Source of the DNA: an uncultured archaeon
Lineage (GTDB): Archaea; Altiarchaeota; Altiarchaeia; JAFGQM01
Direction of reading: 5' to 3'
DNA: 24,306 bases
NCBI GenBank assembly: GCA_964592405.1
Contig: CAZQBY010000004.1
Span: 18,034 to 42,339 of the forward strand
Under the pieces are notes generated by a model. The model did not search any database, had not been told where the DNA came from, and saw only the letters and a list, made by a program, of their open reading frames with translations. Below, piece by piece: positions 16,118-24,306 of the stretch; position 1 is the first letter of the stretch; each line of letters starts with the position of its first letter. Made by a program: the position numbers and the translations under genes.

Positions 16118-17575
16118 TCAAAGAACCTCTTTTATCTTATAACTCCTCAGCCAGTCCAAATCGTTCTTGTAAAATGTCCTCAAATCCTCCAGACCCATCT
16201 TCAGCATCAGCGGCCTCTCGAGCCCGAGCCCCCATGCCAGGACAGGAACATCCATGCCCAGCAGAGGCTTGACAACCTCCGGCCGGAATATACCAGAACC
16301 GCCCAGCTCAATCCATTCCTTCCTGTCCTCAATGTATACCTCGGGTTCACAACTCATCTCAGTGTATGGGAAATAAGCGGGCCTGAAGCGGACCTTTTCG
16401 AACCCAAGCTTGCGGTAGAACTCGCGCAGGTGCCAGAGCAAATTGCGGAAGTTGACGTCCTTGCCCACGACTATCCCCTCTACTTGGTAGAACTCCGCCA
16501 GGTGCTTGTAGTCCAGCGTCTCGTTCCTGAAGACGCGCCCGATTGAGAAAATCTTCGCAGGCACCTTTACCTTCGTAAGGCTGCGCGCAGACACGGCTGT
16601 GGTGTGTGTCCTCAGGACGGCCTGCATGGCCACCTTCGGGTCCCATTCGTACCGCCAGCCGCGGGATTCGATGTCCCCACCCTCCTCGTGCATGGCTTTG
16701 ACAGCCTTATGATGCTCTGGCAGCTCATGCTCGATGTCCTCGAGATAGAATGTGTCGGCCAGGTCGCGCGCGGGGTGGTCCTGCGGCTGGAACAGCGCGT
16801 CGAAGTTCCAGAATGAGCTCTCCACAAAGTCTCCCCTCTCTTCCGTGAATCCCATCTCAAGGAAGATACGCCTTATCTTTTCAATCGCTATCTTGAGCGG
16901 GTGGAGTTTGGCCGGCCATATCTCAGGTGCATCGCGTATGCCGTATTCTCTGAATCTCACCCTGCGCCATGAACCTGTCTTTAACATCTTATGTGTGAGT
17001 GAAGACACACCACCTGTCTCCTCGCTTCTAGGCCTCTTTAGAATCTTTCTCCCCTTTGGAGTCAGCTGTGCCTCAAACGTTTTAATGTCCCTGATTCGGA
17101 TGCAGTCCCCTCTCCTGCGCAGCATCTCGACTGCTTCTTCAAAGTCTCTGAGGCTGCTCATCTTGACATCACCCTTGGCAAGAATCTCGAGCAGCTCCTC
17201 ATCCTTTCCTTTTTGGGCTTTTAATCCCCTCTCTGTTATTATGAGCTTGCCGTTTCGTATCTCAGCCCAACCCTTATTCCGGAGCCACATGAGGGCTATT
17301 TTGCCATTCCTGCCCAGGGTCTTAATGTCCACAGGTCCCTTCTTAATCATCTCAAGGACCTGTCTCTCCGGCAACCCCTCTTTGGCATATACGGTGCCCT
17401 CCTTGCCCAGCGACACGATCTGATCTGTGCACTCACTGAGTTTGATGAATCCGGTGCGTTCGAGACTGTGTGCTATCGAATATGCCCCGTCTCCCAGTCC
17501 AAGTTCTTTACTTGCCCTGGCCAAACTCCCTTTCTCCAGGAACTTCAGCAATTCCAATTCACCCTTTGTTGGCAT
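16118..17575 (-). CDS. pheS: Phenylalanine--tRNA ligase alpha subunit (archaeal long form)
   Basis: EGLPE, FWNFDALFQPQDHPARDLADTF, LRTHTT, VFRNE, YFPYTE and AWGLGLER. Start re-called to ATG 17575 (GGAGG upstream); 17620 is also possible. Confidence 0.96.
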   Translation of the reverse strand: MPTKGELELLKFLEKGSLARASKELGLGDGAYSIAHSLERTGFIKLSECTDQIVSLGKEGTVYAKEGLPERQVLEMIKKGPVDIKTLGRNGKIALMWLRNKGWAEIRNGKLIITERGLKAQKGKDEELLEILAKGDVKMSSLRDFEEAVEMLRRRGDCIRIRDIKTFEAQLTPKGRKILKRPRSEETGGVSSLTHKMLKTGSWRRVRFREYGIRDAPEIWPAKLHPLKIAIEKIRRIFLEMGFTEERGDFVESSFWNFDALFQPQDHPARDLADTFYLEDIEHELPEHHKAVKAMHEEGGDIESRGWRYEWDPKVAMQAVLRTHTTAVSARSLTKVKVPAKIFSIGRVFRNETLDYKHLAEFYQVEGIVVGKDVNFRNLLWHLREFYRKLGFEKVRFRPAYFPYTEMSCEPEVYIEDRKEWIELGGSGIFRPEVVKPLLGMDVPVLAWGLGLERPLMLKMGLEDLRTFYKNDLDWLRSYKIKEVL

Positions 17576-17678
17576 TCCTCTTATGCCTCCAGATTCTGTC
17601 AGATCTCCCTGAATTTGCATCTAGATTTATATGACTCAGCTAAAAAACGCATAATACGCATAATAACCTGCAAGCGCC

Positions 17679-17705
17679 TTTGTTATACGAATATCGTATA
17701 ACAAA
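17679..17705. promoter_or_regulatory. Perfect 12-bp inverted repeat in the pheS/ftsZ divergent gap
   Basis: TTTGTTATACGA-ATA-TCGTATAACAAA. Confidence 0.6.
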
Positions 17706-17862
17706 TATTCAGAATTTTCATAGCCTCTTACTACATCTTTTTAACCTTTTTTAACCTTTATCTCACAATATTCCCGCTGTGTTATACTGGGGTGATATAC
17801 CATAAGCTTATACTGGCTGTTACTCCAAATTTGCACTAATTTCTAAAAACAGGGTGGTAAGA

Positions 17863-18969
17863 ATGAGAAAAATCGTAAAGAGTGCTGCTGACAAAGCCGC
17901 ACGCTTTGAGTCTGGACAACTAAGCGAGGTTGATGAGCAGTTAATGAAGCTCATCGATGGCCTCAAGACTTCCATAAAGGTAGTGGGTGTAGGGGGTGCT
18001 GGTTGCAACACTGTAACCCGCCTTTCAGAGATGGGTATTGAAGGTGCAGAAACCGTGACTATGAACACAGATGCCCAAGATCTCTTGTATTCTGTAGCGG
18101 ATAGAAAGGTTCTTCTTGGTGCTGAGCTTACCGGAGGTCTTGGTGCCGGTTCTGATCCGACAGTGGGGGAGAGTTCGGCCAAGGAGAGCTTGGATGAGAT
18201 AGCCACTGCCCTGCAGGGAAGTGATTTGACTTTTGTCACCTGTGGACTTGGTGGTGGAACCGGTTCTGGCGGTGCTCCGGTGATTGCAGAGGTTGCGAAA
18301 GACTCCGGCTCTGTAACCGTGGCCATCATAACACTGCCATTTACTGTTGAGGGTAAAGTCAGGTGGCAGAATGCCGAAGAGGGTCTGGCAAAGCTGAGGA
18401 AAAATACTGATACTGTGATAGTGATACCAAACGACAAGCTTCTCAACATTGTTCCAGACCTGCCGCTCAATGCGGCGTTCAGGGTAGCCGATGAACTACT
18501 TGCAAATGCCCTGAAGGGAACTACAGAGATGGTCACCAAGCCCGGACTTGTTAATCTGGACTTTGCTGACTTAAGGACTGTTTTGGCCAATGGCGGAACT
18601 GCTGTTATAGGGATGGGAGAGAGCACCAGTGAGACATTCTCCGAGAACCGCGCCATAGAGGCAATTGAAGAGGCTCTGAGCTCCCCGCTTCTTGACATAG
18701 ATGTCTCAACAGCCGATCGTGCGCTGGTTAATGTCACCGGTGGTCCGGACATGACACTGCAGGAAGCCGAGGCAGCCGTGGAGTACCTCTCCGGGAAGAT
18801 CAGTCCGGATTCCAATATACTCTGGGGTGCACAGGTGGACGAGAACCTTAACAAGAATGTGGTTAAGGTCATGCTCGTTGTGAGCGGTGTCAAATCCGTT
18901 TCGGAGCTGACTGCCGGTTCTCCACTTGGGGCCAAGGAGAAGCTGGACTTGGACGTCGAATATATCTGA
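17863..18969 (+). CDS. ftsZ: Cell division protein FtsZ (FtsZ1 locus)
   Basis: GVGGAGCN, NTDAQDL, GGGTGSG and NLDFAD, in the conserved context with secE-spt5. ATG 17863 preferred (GGTGG upstream). Confidence 0.97.
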   Translation: MRKIVKSAADKAARFESGQLSEVDEQLMKLIDGLKTSIKVVGVGGAGCNTVTRLSEMGIEGAETVTMNTDAQDLLYSVADRKVLLGAELTGGLGAGSDPTVGESSAKESLDEIATALQGSDLTFVTCGLGGGTGSGGAPVIAEVAKDSGSVTVAIITLPFTVEGKVRWQNAEEGLAKLRKNTDTVIVIPNDKLLNIVPDLPLNAAFRVADELLANALKGTTEMVTKPGLVNLDFADLRTVLANGGTAVIGMGESTSETFSENRAIEAIEEALSSPLLDIDVSTADRALVNVTGGPDMTLQEAEAAVEYLSGKISPDSNILWGAQVDENLNKNVVKVMLVVSGVKSVSELTAGSPLGAKEKLDLDVEYI

Positions 18970-19150
18970 GGATAGGATTACCATCCCCCACATATAGGGG
19001 GAAGGACTCTATCCCCCATGTGCCGGGAGCGGGGAAAAATACCAGCATGGGAGCGATCCCCCTTCCTTCTCTATTTTTCTTTATTTTTATACCCCCTCCT
19101 TCTATAATCCCACACTTTTACTCGGTTAGGCTTAGCTAAATCAAAACTAA

Positions 19151-19348
19151 ATGACTGAAACATCTACTCTTGCTATACTGCGGCACTTCCCAAGTGAGGC
19201 TGCTCGCATACTGAAGCTGTCGAAGAAGCCAACACGCTCGGAGTTTGAGGATGTGACAAAGATAACAGGAATAGGCATAATCCTGTTGGGTACAATAGGC
19301 CTCATCTTCCTTCTGATAAGGGTATTCCTGGAGGGCATGCTTGGCTGA
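19151..19348 (+). CDS. secE: Protein translocase subunit SecE/Sec61-gamma
   Basis: RILKLSKKPTRSEF followed by the TM segment GIILLGTIGLIF; conserved context. Confidence 0.92.
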   Translation: MTETSTLAILRHFPSEAARILKLSKKPTRSEFEDVTKITGIGIILLGTIGLIFLLIRVFLEGMLG

Positions 19349-19366
19349 AAGGCAACTAATGCTAAA

Positions 19367-20215
19367 ATGGAGGAAAAATCGCATTTCTATCTGCTGAGGA
19401 CAACTACTACACAGGAGGATGCCGTAGTTGATATGCTATACCAAAAGGCGGTTCTTGAGGAGGATGCCGGGGTATATGCCATCCTGCATCCAGCTTCCAT
19501 CAAGGGTTATGTTTTCATGGAGGCGCGCGATCTAGGAGATGCCATACATCTGGTCCAGGGCGTCCCCCATACCAAGGGATTTGTCAAAGGCGAGGTGGAT
19601 TTTGAGAAGGAGGTCAAACCCCTCCTGCAGCCAAAATCCAGTGTTCTGGATGTTTCTAAGGGAGATCTGGTGGAACTCATAGCCGGCCCATTCAAAGGCG
19701 AGAAGGCCAAGGTTATTCGTGTGGATGAGGCAAAGGAGGCTGTTACTGTTGAACTAATCGAAGCCACAGTCCCGATTCCTGTCACTGCCAAGGGTATGCA
19801 TATAAGGGTCATCGACCGCGTCACACAGGCCAAGGCTGAGGAAAGTCAGAAGAAGGATCTTGAGCAGAGGAAGAAAGGTCCGATCATAGGCGAAGGGCCA
19901 TTACCCGCACTGAATACCCCAGAGGAGGAAAAACCCGAAGAATCAACCGGACCGGTTTCTGGGCCAGAAGGGGGCAAGGCCAAGAAGATAGTGCTGGGTA
20001 TGACCAAGGGGGTTCAGGAAGAATCGAAGGAACAGGAGGAGGCACCCCCCAGAGATGGACAAGTGGAGAAGGCCAAAACTGCTGTCTCCAAACAAAAGAA
20101 TGACAAGAGCAAAGGAGAGGCAGGCAGGGAAGATGAAGTAGATGAAGAGGAGGACCCGTTTGCCGATGTAGAGGGTGATGTGGACCCGGAAGAGTTGCTC
20201 AAAAAAAGAAAATAG
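19367..20215 (+). CDS. spt5: Transcription elongation factor Spt5 with long acidic C-terminal extension
   Basis: NGN domain (KGYVFME) and KOW (GDLVELIAGPFKGEKAKV, TVPIPVT), then a ~130-aa low-complexity tail. Confidence 0.93.
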   Translation: MEEKSHFYLLRTTTTQEDAVVDMLYQKAVLEEDAGVYAILHPASIKGYVFMEARDLGDAIHLVQGVPHTKGFVKGEVDFEKEVKPLLQPKSSVLDVSKGDLVELIAGPFKGEKAKVIRVDEAKEAVTVELIEATVPIPVTAKGMHIRVIDRVTQAKAEESQKKDLEQRKKGPIIGEGPLPALNTPEEEKPEESTGPVSGPEGGKAKKIVLGMTKGVQEESKEQEEAPPRDGQVEKAKTAVSKQKNDKSKGEAGREDEVDEEEDPFADVEGDVDPEELLKKRK

Positions 20216-20265
20216 TCTTAATCCTTTATATCAATTTTTTTATGTTTATCCTCTAACTACCCGAA

Positions 20266-20991
20266 ATGGCGCAGAACATAAAGGTTTTGGTTGAGGCCGG
20301 CAAGGCAAGCGCTGGTCCGCCACTGGGACCGGCATTGGGACCTACGGGAGTCAATGTTGGTGAAGTAGTGGCTGCAATAAACGAAAAAACAAAAGACTTT
20401 GCCGGTATGAAGGTTCCTGTAGAGATAATAATTGATACATCTACAAAGAGCTTCGAGGTAAAAACGGGCTCTCCTCCAGTGTCACAGCTCATAATGAAGG
20501 AATTGGGTCTTGAAAAACTCTCTCCAAACCCGAAGTTTGAAAAGGTTGGCAATCTTGCCATAGAGCAGATCATAAAGATAGCCAAATCCAAACTTGACTC
20601 AATGAACTGCCTGTCCCTTAAGAGTGCAGTAAAGACAATAATTGGTTCATGTAATTCAATAGGGGTCCTCGTGGAGGGTATGGAACCCAAGGAGGCCATA
20701 GCTGCTATCAATGAGGGGAGATTTGACAAGGAAATAAGTGAGGAAAGGACTGTAATGTCTGAGGAGAAGAAACAGCTTATGGCCCAAGAACTAAGTGAAA
20801 AGAAAGCCGAGCTGGAGAAAGAGCTTGAGGAGATAAAGGCCGAGGAAGAGAAGGAAAAGGGCGCAGTGGAGGAAGCAGCCATTGAAACCGAAGGCGAGGT
20901 TCCGGCAGAGGTTGAGAAAAAGGAGGAAGAAGGAAAACCTGCTTCAGATTCGAAGAATGTAACAGAAGATAAAAAGACCAAACAAGAATAG
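20266..20991 (+). CDS. rpl11: 50S ribosomal protein uL11 with acidic C-terminal extension
   Basis: GKASAGPPLGPALGP, INEKTKDFAGMKVPV and IIGSCNSIGV. Confidence 0.96.
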   Translation: MAQNIKVLVEAGKASAGPPLGPALGPTGVNVGEVVAAINEKTKDFAGMKVPVEIIIDTSTKSFEVKTGSPPVSQLIMKELGLEKLSPNPKFEKVGNLAIEQIIKIAKSKLDSMNCLSLKSAVKTIIGSCNSIGVLVEGMEPKEAIAAINEGRFDKEISEERTVMSEEKKQLMAQELSEKKAELEKELEEIKAEEEKEKGAVEEAAIETEGEVPAEVEKKEEEGKPASDSKNVTEDKKTKQE

Positions 20992-21020
20992 ATGGTTTTA
21001 GGAAGGTTAGAAGTGTTCCG

Positions 21021-21892
21021 GCTTTGCTCCTTAAGTCTAAGTTGCTCCTAAAATAGGAAGTTTGCTCCTAAAGTCTATCAACCATTAAACAAAGATCCAA
21101 ATACGAACCCTGCAATAGTCGAATATGCAATTTTCACAACCGCCGTTCCAGTGCCATGGCAAACCTTTTAAAAACTATTCCTTACCAAACGCCATATAAA
21201 AAAGTCGCCGGCTGGGTAACTGGCCCCCCGAAAGCGCCACTACAATCCTCTGGAAAGGATTTATCGCCCCGGACTACTTGGAGCGTTTTTTAGTCCTCCT
21301 GTCGGTGACCATGCCCAAGTCTTTCAACATATTGAACATCCATTCTACTGCGACATCTATGGCGATTTTTTCCTTCTCTCTGGCGAACTCATCAAATTCC
21401 TCAGGGGTCGCATTCAACAGTTCGCGGTACATAGAACAAAATTTCTTGGAATTATTTTTGTAAAACTTTTTTAATTCCTTGTACTCCGGAATATTGGACA
21501 GTATATTTAAGAGATGTTTTGAAACCTCCTCAAAATCGCCATCGTCAATCGTGCCGTCGGCGAGCGGATTCATTACTTCCTGTATCTTCTGCGGGTCACG
21601 CACAATAAACTGCGTCTGCAGAGTAAACCTAGTGAGTATATCTACTTCTTTTTTGAGCAAGTTTTTGTATTTGTTTATATCCATCTTTATTTCTCCTGTT
21701 AGTTTTTTATTCCGCAAAGATTTATAACAAAATGGAGGGGACAGCCATACTAGGCTCTCTCCGCTTGAATAACTATAACGTAGCTGTATATAAATCCACC
21801 CAATATTGTGTCTGGCCCGAGGTATAATAAAAAATGACTAAATCCTCAATTCTGCTCCTTAAACCAACCTTTCGAGCTATAGGGAGCAAAGC
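21021..21892. mobile_element. Putative inserted element bounded by imperfect 13-bp inverted repeats, with subterminal TGCTCCT repeats
   Basis: GCTTTGCTCCTTA (21021-21033) versus TAGGGAGCAAAGC (21880-21892), one mismatch. Further copies at 21042, 21062 and 21853. Separates rpl11 from rpl1. No transposase or target-site duplication seen. Confidence 0.35.
21274..21684 (-). CDS. Hypothetical helical protein (AT-rich orphan)
   Basis: 136 aa from ATG 21684 (MDINKYK...) with AGGAG upstream. No motif recognised. Confidence 0.65.
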   Translation of the reverse strand: MDINKYKNLLKKEVDILTRFTLQTQFIVRDPQKIQEVMNPLADGTIDDGDFEEVSKHLLNILSNIPEYKELKKFYKNNSKKFCSMYRELLNATPEEFDEFAREKEKIAIDVAVEWMFNMLKDLGMVTDRRTKKRSK

Positions 21893-21908
21893 TAAGCGTT
21901 CCCAAACC

Positions 21909-21916
21909 TTTTTATA
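21909..21916 (+). promoter_or_regulatory. TATA box for rpl1-rpl10-rpl12
   Basis: AAACC-TTTTTATA about 50 nt upstream of ATG 21967. Confidence 0.5.
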
Positions 21917-21966
21917 CCTTATGGTTCTAACATAGCGCACTGGCTTTGTCCAGTAGTTCAGAAAGA

Positions 21967-22602
21967 ATGAACGACCAGGATATTCTAAAAGCACTTGAAG
22001 AGGTGCGAAAGGCACCTAAGCGCAATTTCACGCAGTCTATAGACCTAATCATCAATCTGCAGAATATAGACTTCAAGAATCCTGCCAACCGCATCGACAT
22101 AAAGATAATGCTGCCGTCCGGGCGTGGAAAGGATCTCAAGGTAGGTGTCTTCGGCGATGCAGATTTCCTGAACAAGGCCAAGAATGCCGATTTGAAAATC
22201 TCTGACAAGCAACTGGCCAAGAGTGCGAAAGAAATAAGAAGAATCTCGGAGCAGATGGATTTCTTCGTGGCACAGACAAGCCTCATGGTGGATATTGGTA
22301 AAACCTGGGGCAAATTTCTGAGCACTAGGGGCAAGATGCCTCAGCCCCTACCCCCCAATGTTGACCCAACACCGATGATAATGAGGTTAAAAAACACCGT
22401 CGTTCTTAGAAGCAGAGGCAATACGCCCCAAACAATCTCCTGCTCTGTTGGAACGGAGGAGATGAAGGATGACCAGATAGCCAAGAATGTGATGGCAGTT
22501 TATCACGCATTGCTCGAAAAACTTCCGGCCAAGGAGAATAACATCAAATCAGTCTTAATCAAAACTACCATGGGGCCTCCAGTTAAGATAATCCAGAAAT
22601 AA
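21967..22602 (+). CDS. rpl1: 50S ribosomal protein uL1
   Basis: KRNFTQSIDL, LPSGRGK, RGKMPQP and KTTMGPPV. Start re-called to ATG 21967. Confidence 0.96.
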   Translation: MNDQDILKALEEVRKAPKRNFTQSIDLIINLQNIDFKNPANRIDIKIMLPSGRGKDLKVGVFGDADFLNKAKNADLKISDKQLAKSAKEIRRISEQMDFFVAQTSLMVDIGKTWGKFLSTRGKMPQPLPPNVDPTPMIMRLKNTVVLRSRGNTPQTISCSVGTEEMKDDQIAKNVMAVYHALLEKLPAKENNIKSVLIKTTMGPPVKIIQK

Positions 22603-22608
22603 TCCAAG

Positions 22609-23850
22609 ATGCCTGCAAAGTGGAAATTTGGGGAAGTTGAAGAGCTTGCCAAGAGGCTTAATGAGAGTCCGGTTGTGGCTGTTGCCGGGATAGAGGGTAT
22701 CCCCTCTAGGCAGATGCAGGAGATAAGAAAGAAGCTTCATGGAAGTGTTGAGATAAGGGTTATCAAGAACCGGCTGGCCAGGCTGGCTTTCGAAAAAATC
22801 AATAGAACCGGATTAAAGAAATTAGAAGATTATATAACCGGTCCTACAGCACTTATCTTCTCAAAGGAGAATCCCTTCAGACTTGCAAAGATGTTCCTTG
22901 AATCGAGGGTGAAAGCCCCGGCAAAGGAGGGTCAGGAAGCCCCAGAGGATATAATTGTTCCGGCCGGAGACACTCCATTCAAGCCGGGCCCCATAATTGG
23001 AGACCTGCAGGAGGTGGGTATCAAGGCCAAGATACAGGGTCCGATAATCGCGATAATACAGGATTCCCCGGTCATCAAAAAAGGTGAGAAATTCTCCAAG
23101 AAACTGGCAGGCGTTCTGACACAGCTGGGAATATTTCCCATGGAGATAGGTATAGATGTGCGGGCAGCATTCGAGGATGGCATAATCTATGGCGAGGACA
23201 TCCTCAGCATAGATACAGAAAAGGTACTCTCAGATATTGCAGTCGCTTACCAGCATGCGCTGAATCTATCAGTCGAGGCAGGCATATTCAACAAGGTTTC
23301 CCTTCCGCTTCTCTTGACAAATGCAGCCGGTGCTGCGAGGAATCTCGCTATAGGGGCAGAGATATACAACGAGGAAACTGTAGATTATTTCCTGTCCAAG
23401 GCACATCAGGAGGCCAAGAGTCTTACGGTTTCCGTCTCATATGAGCCAAGAGCGAAGCCAGCTCCCGAGGAGAAGAAGGAAAATAGGGCCGGAGAGTCCA
23501 CGGAGGGATCAAAAGATGAGGCAGGGGACAGGGCCTCTGAAGAGGTGGAAACCACTAAAGCTGCTCAGGAAATAAGTGGAGAGTCCTCTGCCAAGGCCAA
23601 GAAGGAGGATCAGGAAGCGGCCAGAGAATTATCTGGAGAATCAGCCAAGAAAGAAGCCGCCGGGAATGATGCGGGGACTGGAGAAGAGCAAAATGCCGAG
23701 ACCCCTGCCGAGGATGGTGGCACACAGGATATCTCTCCGGAGACCGAGGCAAGGCTGGTCAAAGAAGCTGATCCACTGGAGCAGGTACCTGAAGTCGGTG
23801 GAGACGGGGCGCCTGAAGAATCAAAGGAATCAGAGTCACAAAATAAATAA
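22609..23850 (+). CDS. rpl10: 50S ribosomal protein uL10 (P0) with long acidic tail
   Basis: WKxx[29 protein letters not shown] and three stalk-dimer-binding helices. Confidence 0.95.
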   Translation: MPAKWKFGEVEELAKRLNESPVVAVAGIEGIPSRQMQEIRKKLHGSVEIRVIKNRLARLAFEKINRTGLKKLEDYITGPTALIFSKENPFRLAKMFLESRVKAPAKEGQEAPEDIIVPAGDTPFKPGPIIGDLQEVGIKAKIQGPIIAIIQDSPVIKKGEKFSKKLAGVLTQLGIFPMEIGIDVRAAFEDGIIYGEDILSIDTEKVLSDIAVAYQHALNLSVEAGIFNKVSLPLLLTNAAGAARNLAIGAEIYNEETVDYFLSKAHQEAKSLTVSVSYEPRAKPAPEEKKENRAGESTEGSKDEAGDRASEEVETTKAAQEISGESSAKAKKEDQEAARELSGESAKKEAAGNDAGTGEEQNAETPAEDGGTQDISPETEARLVKEADPLEQVPEVGGDGAPEESKESESQNK

Positions 23851-23861
23851 AAAAGGTAAAA

Positions 23862-24182
23862 ATGGAATACGTATATGCAGCATTGTTGCTTCATTCGGCG
23901 GGTCAGAAGGTTGACGAGGCGGGCCTAAAAAAGGTCATTGAAGCCTCAGGCACAAAGGTTGACGAGGCCAGGATAAAGGCTCTCGTTGCCTCACTTGAGG
24001 GCGTTGACATAGATGAGGCCATATCCAAGGCAGCCCCTGTTGCCGCGGCTGCCCCGGCAGCTGCGCCAGTAGCAGGCGGTGAGGCCCAGAAGGAAGAGAA
24101 GAAAGAAGAAGGCCCGAGCGAAGAAGACAAGCAAAAGGCCGAAGAGGAAGCAGCAGAAGGACTAGGTGCACTCTTTGGATAA
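23862..24182 (+). CDS. rpl12: 50S ribosomal stalk protein aL12/P1
   Basis: [11 protein letters not shown], Ala-rich hinge and [13 protein letters not shown]. Confidence 0.97.
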   Translation: MEYVYAALLLHSAGQKVDEAGLKKVIEASGTKVDEARIKALVASLEGVDIDEAISKAAPVAAAAPAAAPVAGGEAQKEEKKEEGPSEEDKQKAEEEAAEGLGALFG

Positions 24183-24268
24183 GCGGGGATCCTTCTGGAT
24201 CTCTCATCTAGTTTTGGTTGGGCTAGCTTGGGCACTTCAAAACCTAACACCCTTCTGACTGAGAACCG

Positions 24269-24306
24269 GATAGCAGGACCGAGATAGCAGGACCGAGATA
24301 GCAGGA
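24269..24306 (+). repeat. 14-bp perfect tandem repeat (at least 2.7 copies) running off the window end
   Basis: GATAGCAGGACCGA at 24269-24282 and 24283-24296, partial copy at 24297-24306. Confidence 0.9.

Noticed and set aside
17641-17718. Canonical dif site
   Set aside because: XerC-like half-sites are present, but there is no matching second arm at 6-bp spacing.
17820-18935. Long antisense ORFs (371 aa opposite ftsZ; similar ones opposite rpl11, eno, pheS and his genes)
   Set aside because: These are Ser-rich shadow frames of well-conserved genes, with no motifs.
18970-19150. tRNA or SECIS element
   Set aside because: No T-loop or cloverleaf, and no in-frame TGA in neighbouring genes.
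21145-21153. ORB element / replication origin (GTTCCAGTG)
   Set aside because: Single partial match lacking GAAA and the G-string, with no cdc6/orc1 in the window.
21204-21225. HDV-like ribozyme (GCCGGCTGGGTAAC resembles the HDV core)
   Set aside because: There is no upstream P1 partner or P3/L3 element; the upstream sequence is A-rich.
24269-24306. CRISPR array
   Set aside because: The repeats are 14 bp and contiguous, with no spacers and no cas genes.

Overview
Archaeal chromosome segment: archaeal-type Spt5, aL10/P0 and aL12/P1, long PheRS-alpha, TATA/BRE promoters and a class III signal peptide. A DPANN-like host is inferred only from the long acidic tails on uL11/P0/Spt5 and the basic orphan genes. 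Left to right: (1) two secreted Cys-rich genes. The first is pilin-like with a class III signal and is cut by an in-frame TAG that the ORF track missed. The second is a 1091-aa protein with metal-binding repeats, a DUF4347/caspase-like His-Cys domain and dockerin repeats. (2) A tight minus-strand operon AbrB-ACT regulator - hisS - hisG - hisD - hisB - HAD phosphatase, in which both HisD and HisB carry non-canonical active-site residues. (3) Two basic orphans and yjbQ. (4) An AT-rich insert built like an integron cassette mini-array (gene-less promoter unit, attC-like hairpin, two-gene membrane cassette) with no integrase in the window. (5) eno, pyrF, an MBL hydrolase, a wHTH regulator with a palindromic operator, and pheS. 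(6) The conserved ftsZ-secE-spt5-rpl11-rpl1-rpl10-rpl12 cluster, split between rpl11 and rpl1 by a repeat-bounded ~0.9 kb insert. The window ends in a 14-bp tandem repeat. Best leads: the doubly divergent his-like operon with its own regulator, the attC-type cassette unit, and the amber-interrupted pilin-like/protease-dockerin surface pair. All family assignments come from motif recognition by eye, not database searches.
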